DNA of 43,775 nucleotides from Octopus bimaculoides (Eukaryota), in NCBI RefSeq assembly GCF_001194135.2, contig NC_068982.1, positions 151,953,631-151,997,405 of the forward strand, given 5' to 3'. The notes beneath the pieces are model-generated. The model was not told where the DNA came from. It searched no databases and worked only from the letters and a program-made list of their open reading frames with translations. How positions within the stretch are numbered: position 1 is the first letter of the stretch; each line of letters starts with the position of its first letter. Shown here piece by piece: positions 35,153-43,775 of the stretch. Made by a program: the position numbers and the translations under genes.

Positions 35153-36556
35153 ATTGCCATTTTATTTTGTTACAAGTATTGTTTTGTTAAGAAAAAATAT
35201 ATATATTTGGAACAAAAGAAATGGAAAGGATATTAGAATAGCATTAAAGTTTAAATTCAACATGAGGTGTGATTAACATCTTTCCAAGCAGAAGGTATGT
35301 GCATTTAGACTTAAAAGATGAACAATGTTAGATTGTCTGAGCTGATAAAAGTCTACCATGGAAATAAAATAATGGCACAGTTTCAGTTGTACATAGATAG
35401 TCATGTACTGACAGGTCTCAAGCATAAGGTGAAGCTGCTGTTGATATCAGAATTATAAGAGAAAGAGAAGTCATACTGGAAAATCTTGTATGACATCTAC
35501 TACTGACAGTTTTTGCAAAATGTATATCACAGAGCTTGAAATATAAGAGATCTGAATGACTCAAAGTGACTGCATTGTTGATAAATTGATAGAGCTGGAT
35601 ATCTGCTAAATGAATTTAATTTGCATATGCTAGTTCTTTTTGTTCCTGTTTTGGAATATATTTAATGGAACTAAGCACTGAAAGGAATATTTCCAGTCCA
35701 TGTCAAAATGTTTTATCATCACATAAAATTCCAAAATGTTGCCTTGATCAAAAGGCCAAGAAGGAAAATAAAATATATGAAATGGTAGACAATAGAACTA
35801 AATACTTTTCATTGTCTACTTTCTGTCTCTCAACATTCTGAATTCAAATTAATAGCAAGAAAGGTGATGGAAAAAAGTAGTTACATTCTCTCTAATGCTG
35901 ATAAATTGAAATTTTATCATGTACTGGAATCAGCTCAGTCAATTATAATCATCTACAGTTTTGTGGCCTAGAAATAACTATTCCTAATTTATTACTTCAG
36001 AAATAATAAGTCTCAGAAACAGTTTGCTGCTATTTAATAGTTCAAATAATCTGTTTATTGGCTAGTATTCAAACTGAAGCTTCCTTGATATTCCAGTCTA
36101 ACTTAATGAGTTTAAAATTATAAGCATTAATTTAATTATATTTACTTAATATTATACTTTTCGCTTTCTTCAAAGTTCAATACAAATTTGTATAGAAGAA
36201 AGATCATACTTCACTCTTTTATCCCCGTCTTATTTCTATGACCACATTGTCTAATGTGACTTTCTCTACTTAGAGATGATAAAGTTTAAGTGCAATTTTT
36301 AGCATGTCAAACAGACACATAGAGGTTACCAAATAATATCTTTCACAACAGTTATCAAACAAAGTAAAAGTGCCTTTCTCTGCCTAGTTAAAGGAGAGTA
36401 GCAGAATAGTCATTACAATGGAATTGGTTGACAACCAGATCTGTCCTACACATGACAGCAGCTGTTCAACATTACTCCATAATTCAGCAATTCCCTGACA
36501 CTGAACAAGTGCACACACAACAGTTTCATTGCTCTGTACACAGGTTTATCAGAGCA

Positions 36557-37082
36557 TGTCTCCAAAGGTCTTGGTCACTTGTCATTGCCTTTGTGAGGCC
36601 CAGCGTTCAAAGGTCATGCTTCACCACCTCATCCCATGTCTTTCTGGGTCTATCCCCTCCACAGGTTCCTTCCACTGTTAGGGTGTGACACTTCTTCCCA
36701 CAGCTGTCCTCGTCCATACACATCACATCATGACCATACCAGCACAGTTGTCTCTCTTGAACACCACTTCTGATGCTTCTTATGTCCAATTTTTCTCTCA
36801 ATTTTTCTACTTTGATTTTTGCAAGGTTAGCTCTAAGGCCCTTCGATTCTAGACCTTGTTTCCACACCTGGAACTTCTTCACTAGTTCTGGTGGGCAAAT
36901 TCATGAGCATAGAGGCCCTGTCAAAAGTTCATGCAGCTGTCTTACCAGAAATATAGCATCAGTGGTGCTTCTCCCTGGCACAAACCCAAACAGCATCTCA
37001 TCTAAACTAACTCTCTCCCTAATTAGTTGGGCTATGACCTTCTCCATGACTTTCATCACCTGATCCAACAATTTGAGATATA
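36557..37082 (-). mobile_element. RTE LINE with multiple internal deletions
   Basis: KLLDQVMKVMEKVIAQLIRERVSLDEMLFGFVPGRSTTDAIFLVRQLHE, then KFQVWKQGLESKGLRANLAKIKV, then EKLREKL..WYGH..RPRKTWDEVVKHDL. Confidence 0.88.
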
Positions 37083-37083
37083 T

Positions 37084-37222
37084 ATCATCATCATCGTTTA
37101 ACATCCGTTTTCCATGCTGGCATGGGTTGGATGGTTCAACTGGGGTCTGGGAAACCAAGAGGCTGCATTAGGTCCCAATCTGATCTGGCAGTGTTTCTAC
37201 AGCAGGATGCCCTTCCTAACAT
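37084..37222 (-). mobile_element. RTE 3' UTR fragment with (GAT)n tail
   Basis: catcatcatcgtttaacatccgttttccatgctggcatgggttgg on +, shared with the other RTE ends. Confidence 0.8.
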
Positions 37223-39167
37223 GCAACATGCATAGTATTTGTCTTGTACATGCAATTAGGATTTTTCATTGATCTGACTGTTATGTTTTGGTGTAGCTTT
37301 GTGCAAGTTTGATGCCTTTTCTATCACCATCCCCATCACAATAGAATGAGTGAAATTTATTGTCATCAGCATGAAAGTGGCTACCTTCCAGACTGAAGGG
37401 TTGCCCCTCTTTAATGTAATAGTTTTAGTTAAAGCTACTACTCTCATAGATAGGCTTTCAAAGATCATGCATTATCTGTGCAATGAATGTTTGTCTTTTG
37501 TGAAATATCTTATAGTTTTAAAGAATAAATCTTGAAAACTGAAATTAAAATTTTACCAGCATTAACTTTATGCAGTGTGAAAGAGTTCAAGTTCAACATC
37601 GATGTAATCTATAAAATTTGTACATGGTGTATCGTGGGCATATATAATAGAAATATTCAGATTCTCTCAACCATCCCTAAATTCACCACTCTCATTTTAC
37701 TTGTGAGATTATTTAGAATGATCTGATAAAAAAAAATGTAAGATGACATATATTATATAGGGATAGTAACTTTTGGGCAGTAGGGCTTAACATATTGCCT
37801 GGTTTCACCATCAAGATCATGCAAACATTTAAAACAGAATCCACTCTGTTTCCAGCATTTTGTCCTCACCCTTCACACATTAACCTGCAGATGTTCAGGC
37901 TAAGTATTTGCCTTGTCAATGTCAGCTATCATGAAATGTGCTATAAAGATTTGGGCACTGCTTCTTCTCCTTTAGCTAATTAATAAAAAAGTAATTTTCT
38001 AACTTAACAGCAAGATATCTTATGTGGCAGATCCTATAGCATGACTGAGGGAAGAGCTGTAAATGTTCACAATTCTACATATGAATGAATACTTTTTAAA
38101 ATTCTTCTTTTATATAAGTTTTTCCACCACTTCTATCTTCAAATAAAAAACCAACAGACAGCTGGCCTTTGGTTGCATCCTTCCAATAGAATCAAACTGT
38201 TTCACTGAGAGGTTAACATAGACTTCAGGGAAAGACGCATCTCACTCTATATATATATATATAATAGAAAACTTCCAAAGAAGGGTTAAAATTAGAAACT
38301 GAATGATGAAGTTTAAGAATCTAAGGAAGACAAATAAAACTAATTCTTCAGTTCAAAGTGTATATTTCTAAACTGGCAGCATGGAAAACTTTGAGACTCA
38401 TGGTATTCTATTTTGAACTGGAATACAGTAACCTCAATATTCGTTGACTAACATGTTAACCATAGGATTTCTATGCATTTCAGATAAATCAATACTGCTT
38501 GAAGAAGGATTGATTTTGGTTTGCACACTCTCCCCACGTCACTGATATCAACCCAGGCACCTTCATTACTTAGTTAATTTACTTCAAAGTCAGTTAAATT
38601 TGGTCATGCTAATAAAATCTCATAATATTTTTATAAATATCCAAGAAATCATAGTAGTTCAACATTCATACTTGAGAAATAAGAAAATATACAGTGGAAA
38701 GAGTAAGAGATTTTGGTCATTGAAATTTAGATCAATTATACCTCTGTATTTCAGTTTGAATTGTATAACAAACTAAGTCAGCTTGATGATATAAAAGATT
38801 TAGTTTATGAATTTGACTTGAAATTTGTTCAGGTCAATTAGAGTTGGATATATCATATAAAAATACAAATGTCTAAAATGCCATCAATTCAGAAAACAAA
38901 GTAGAAATATTGTTATAGAATGTGAAAGATACTAAATTATAGACTAGTTTCTCATAGATTCACATATAAATTATAAACATTGTATTTTTGGCTAGTTGAG
39001 TGATCTCTATGTTGTCATTTGACTTGCTAGAAATAGCTGCCAAATCTCTTTTACATTATTCCTACTGTCTTGAAAAAGGACACAATGTATACTATACTAT
39101 ACTATAACCGAATAAAAGGCAAGACGGTCATTGTTGAATAACATTTGATTAAGACGCATAATATATA

Positions 39168-39374
39168 TTCTTTTCTACTCTAGGCACAAGGCCTGAAATT
39201 TTGGGGGAGAGGGCCAGTCAATTAGATTGACTCCAGTACACAACTGGTATCCAATTCATTGACCCCGAAAGGATGAAAGGCAAAGTCAACCTCAGTGGAA
39301 TTTGAGCTCAGAATATAAAGACATGAAATACCACTAAGCATTTTGCCTGGGATGCTAACGTTTCTGCCAGCTCG
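39168..39374 (-). mobile_element. tRNA-derived SINE, near full length (Deu/Nin-like central domain)
   Basis: Minus strand: A-box-like TGGCAGAAACGTT, B-box-like GAGCTCAAATTCC, then GCCTTTCATCCTTTCGGGGTC. Confidence 0.75.
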
Positions 39375-39483
39375 TTGTTTTACGCATACTATATATTATA
39401 AATCAGATAAGCTAATATGTGTGTATGTGAGTATATACATTTATATATGCACACACACACTCATACATACATACATATATACA

Positions 39484-39516
<33 letters not shown>

Positions 39517-39539
39517 GCATATATATGTATGTATGGACA

Positions 39540-39995
39540 AGGACAGCTATGTAAAAAGTGCCAATCTCTAACTGTGGAGGGAATCCATGGAAGAGGTAAA
39601 CCCAAGACGACATGGGACAAGGTGACAATGACAAGCGACCAAGATCTTTGGCAATATGCTGTACTTGAGAAGACCTGTCAAGCCAAGTGCAACCACAATC
39701 ATGGTCGACGCCAGTGTCATGTAACAGGCACCAATGCCGGTGGTGCATAAAAAGCACCATTTGAACTTTGGGCCTCATGGAAGTAATAAGTGACCAAGAC
39801 CTTTAGTGATGTGCTTGGGAGGACTCATCAAGCCAGTGAAATCGTAGTTGTGGCTAATGGCAGTTTCGCATGACTGGTACCCATGCTGGTGGCACATAAA
39901 ACGCACCCATTACATTCTTGGAGTGATTGTCATTAGGAAGGGCATCCAGCTGTAGAAACCATGCCAAATCAGATTGGAACCTGGTGCAGCTCTCT
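39540..39995 (+). mobile_element. RTE 3' fragment (the only clear plus-strand RTE copy)
   Basis: KKCQSLTVEGIHGRGKPKTTWDKV..DQDLWQYAVLEKT plus 3' UTR. Confidence 0.8.
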
Positions 39996-40035
39996 TTTAC
40001 TGCTGCTCCCTGTATGTATGTATGTGTGTGTGTGT

Positions 40036-40081
<46 letters not shown>

Positions 40082-40089
40082 GGTGCAGT

Positions 40090-41030
40090 CAACATCATTA
40101 TCATCATATAATGTTCATTCTCCATCCTGGCATAGTTGGACAGCTTGACAGGTGCTGGCCAGCTGGAAAGATGCTTAGGCTCCATTTGTTTGTTTAAATA
40201 TGGTTTCTATGGCTGGATACCCTTCCTAACGCCAGCCCATTTACGAAGTGTATGGGGTGCTTAAATCATGGCATCAGCACAGGCACTTTTACATGACACC
40301 GACATGGGTGTTTTTATGTGGCACCAGTATGGGTGCTTTTATGGAACACCAACACCCACAAGCTCACAAGACTAGGATCTCTCAGCTGAGAGAAAAAACT
40401 GTGGAGGATATATCTGCATGCATGGATAGCCATGATTTTACTTAACTTGATGTGTTTTCTCAAACACAGCAAGCCACCAGAAGTCTTGGTCCCTTATCTC
40501 CTCTGTGAGGCTCAATGTCTGAAGATCTTTGCTCACCACTTCATTGCAAATCTTCCTGAATCTACCTCTTCCACATGTTCCCTCCATATTTAGAGACCAG
40601 CACTTAATGCAGTTGTCTTCATCCATATGCATCATATGACCATACCAGTGCAGTCCTCTCTTGCACACTACATCTGATGCCTCACATGCCCAATTTTTCT
40701 CTCAAATCACTTACACTCTGTAGTACATGCACACTGACAATATCCATCCAGTGGAGCATGTTGGTTTCACTTCTTTCAAGCCTTCACATGTTCTCAGTAG
40801 TCACAGCCCATGTCTCACTGCCATATAGCATTAGCAAACAGGCATCATGCAATCTATCTTTCAAAGGGAGAAGCCCTTTGTTACTAACAGAGGTACCAGC
40901 TCTCTGAACTTTGTGCAGCCTGTTCATATTTTAGCAGCTGCACTTTCAAAACTATCTCCTCTACTGCTAACTTGGTTGCCTAAGTAATGGAAATTGTCGA
41001 CAGTTTCTCAGGATTCTTCTGGACATTTGA
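40090..41030 (-). mobile_element. RTE LINE 3' fragment
   Basis: LHWYGHMMHMDEDNCIKCWSLNMEGTCGRGR..DQDFWWLAVFEKT plus 3' UTR and tail. Confidence 0.85.
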
Positions 41031-41299
41031 GGAAGTCAGTGCTGTACATTCTTCATGTTTAATGTGTCAGCATATCTGCCACATACAAAGACTGTTTTCT
41101 CTGTTAACTTTCCTGTGATACTGCTGCATCTCTTATGTGTACATACCTTGTACTGGGTACAGTGTATGAAGTTTCTAACACACACCCACACACACACAAA
41201 TGCACTCACATATATGTGTGCATATGTATGTATACTGGAAGTAAGCTCACATATGTGGCCTGACATTAAATCACTGGACTCTTACAAAACAGACTGGAA

Positions 41300-41760
41300 A
41301 ATAGCTTGATGGCATTGACCAAGCAAAGCTATGATCAAACAGGTTTGACTGGCTTTCATCTACCCATTGGGAAGAGCCAATATGTTTGTTGTAAAGAGAT
41401 AAAGTAGCTTACATGTTAGAAGGCTATGTGTTACAGGTACAGACAAAGTACATCAGTATACCAGTACAATCATTTGCAACACATACTAAATTACTAAGAC
41501 ATAATGTATTTATTAAATGAACAAATAAACTTGTTTACAATTTATCCACATACATGCTGTCTCAAATAAATCAACTCTGATGATAAAGAGTCAATGGAAC
41601 ATACTAGAAATCACTTTCAAATTTCTCTCAAATCTCACAGCTCTATTTCATAAGAGATGACATTTTGATAGCAAAGTCCTTGATATACTTCTGAACAAAA
41701 TACTTGATGACCACAGCCTAGACACATTTGATCATAGCTTTACTTGGTTAAGCCATGCTA
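41300..41760. mobile_element. MITE-like segment bounded by 22-bp inverted repeats
   Basis: ACCAAGCAAAGCTATGATCAAA (41318-41339) versus TTTGATCATAGCTTTACTTGGT (41727-41748), one mismatch. Confidence 0.55.
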
Positions 41761-42149
41761 AAGTTAATAAGTTCTGATGAAACTAACAAACAGAAATATG
41801 TTTTATCAAATCTCATTTTCCTTTTTTACCCCACCTTTTAAATGAATAAATCAACTGTTCTTCCTGTATTTAACTATTTATCATGATTATTTTAATTTAA
41901 AAAGGTTTTCGTTTAATCAACTATTGGCATAATAGCTTAAAAGATTCTCAAACGTAATTAATCTTGAATGTATTTTTGCTTACCATATATAAGTCTTATC
42001 CTTATTTTATGAAACAGTTGTAGATTTCCATATCAAAGCTCCACAAAGAGTTAGTTAGAAAGTTAGTACTTTTGCTACATCATCGTATTACCACAACTTG
42101 TAATGGTTTTGGACAAGTCTAGGACATTCGTTCATAATATGGGTAATGG

Positions 42150-43650
42150 TTTCATCCACTTTATTACAGTTGTGGCACAGTGAAAATACTTGCTCATTCA
42201 TAAGGTTGACCCTCCAGTTTGTGGCCAAAACTTGGTCCCGTACTGTCAGTATGGTGCTCTCAGTCTCTTTTTTCAGTGCTCCTTTTTTTGGCCAGTCAAT
42301 TCTATGTTTTCCAGCAACATCTGCTGTGGCTCTTGGGCGTGTGCATCTGTCTGCATGTTATTTTTTTTTTTATCATTCCCAAAACACCTGTTATTGTTTT
42401 CATATCCTACATTTAGAATATCACTGTTTTCAGATCTTATTTTAAGTATTTTCTCCTTTTCTTTTTGAGATACATTATCATCTGTTGGGATTTTTCCTAT
42501 TGGTGTTTGACAGCAACACATGACTAATTAATCTTGATTTCCCTGTCAGTGTGTATCAGCATATCACAGAGATTAGTAGTTTTGCCATTCTTGAAGCTTT
42601 TCCTTGTGTATGCTTATACTAGCTTTTTCAGTTGGTATTTCATAGTGTGGCATAACTTCCACAGTATGTAAGTCCTAACTGTCATTCCTGTGAATTTATA
42701 CTTTCTTGGCTAAAACTGGGAAACCAGAAACAATGTAACTGACTCTTCCTTATCTGTGTATATTCTGCAGTTAGCGTATTCTACTTCCTTATATGCTTCT
42801 GGTGATATCTGATGGAGATTCTCTAATCCTTTACAGCAGTCAAGAACTCCTCAGTTATTGCTTTGATTCCTGAGCTTTTTAGCCACTGTTAGGATTTTTT
42901 CCTTGTCTTCCGTTCTGATTAACTTTTTCCAGTATTGGCCATGTAAAGGTTTTCTTGTTACTGCTTTATTGTGGCAATCTGTTGCACCAAATTTAGTTAA
43001 GATTTTTTAGCTGTTTCATAGTTTCTTTAGTTACTCCTTTTCCTTCCTAACTATTTCTCATTGCAGCTTCTCTTAAATTTGCAGATTTCCTTAAAGACAG
43101 AAAACAGTTTTTGTTCTGTTCATGTTCCATAGTTGTTTGTGTTAATTTTCAATGATTCTTTACAAAATATTTTTGGCATATTTTGTAATATTTTCCTAGT
43201 TGTATAAGACATCTACCACTTGCATTCATGGTAAATACCTTTCAATGATGGTAAAAATATTTCTATGCTGGATTTTGGAGTGTATTCTAAATTAAATCAT
43301 TCTTTCCTTTATTTTCTTGTTTACTCTTGGTAGTTCCTTTTGTACCTACATGAGAATATTATAACAATGCTAGGACAGCAGGAATATTGATGCCTATTAC
43401 CTCTATTTTTTTTTTTTTTGCATTAAAAAAAATGTCCTGTTTTAAGTATTAATCTAAAGTGCTTCTGATACTATTTCCTAATTTTTCTTTCAATTGTGTG
43501 TTGCACAGTTCACTGATTCTTAAGTATTTGTATATCTGCATTTGGTCAAATTCTCATATCTTAGTTTCTTTATCAAGCCTAATACTAGCATTCTTAATAA
43601 ATCTTTTCCCTTTCAAGGTGACCTTGGTACATTTTTCTAACCTGAATCTT
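42150..43650 (-). mobile_element. R4/Dong-type LINE, late RT region to ORF end, degenerate
   Basis: FRLEKCTKVTLKGK..KPLHGQYW..WLKSSGIK..CRIY..IVSGFPVLAK..IPTDDNVSQKEKEK. Confidence 0.8.
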
Positions 43651-43669
43651 ATATTGATTTCTTTAGTGA

Positions 43670-43755
43670 TGATTATAATATTTATAATAATAATAATAAT
43701 AACAACAATAACAACAACAGCAAAAACAACAATAACAATAACAACAACAACAACT
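43670..43755. repeat. (AAT)/(AAC)n compound microsatellite
   Basis: Read directly. Confidence 0.95.
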
Positions 43756-43775
43756 ATAATGGTTTTTAACATAGG

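Overview
This is AT-rich, microsatellite-dense animal DNA with five short N gaps. The repeat families look like those of Octopus, but that is recall, not a database match. The only host coding sequence I can support is one 168-nt + strand exon of an HCN (Ih) channel covering the S2-S3 linker, S3 and the S3-S4 linker (20741-20908). I did not find its neighbouring exons, so the rest is probably two introns of more than 20 kb each. These are filled with decayed transposons: RTE, R4/Dong-type and L1/Tx1-type LINEs, Penelope-like pieces, tRNA-derived SINEs, MITEs and a Tigger/pogo remnant. Main leads: (1) an in-frame second splice donor that would add 11 aa to the S3-S4 linker; (2) three minimal type I hammerhead ribozyme motifs with covarying stem II and altered cores, one sense to the HCN pre-mRNA; (3) a 135-bp, 82%-matched fold-back hairpin, a candidate ADAR substrate; (4) a sharp drop in CpG content near 10.2 kb, with a same-family transposon pair as internal control; (5) a CpG-retaining island near 14.2 kb with AP-1, CTCF-like and TATA motifs; (6) a perfect 38-bp palindrome. 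Transposon boundaries are approximate and family calls rest on motifs recognised in hand translation.
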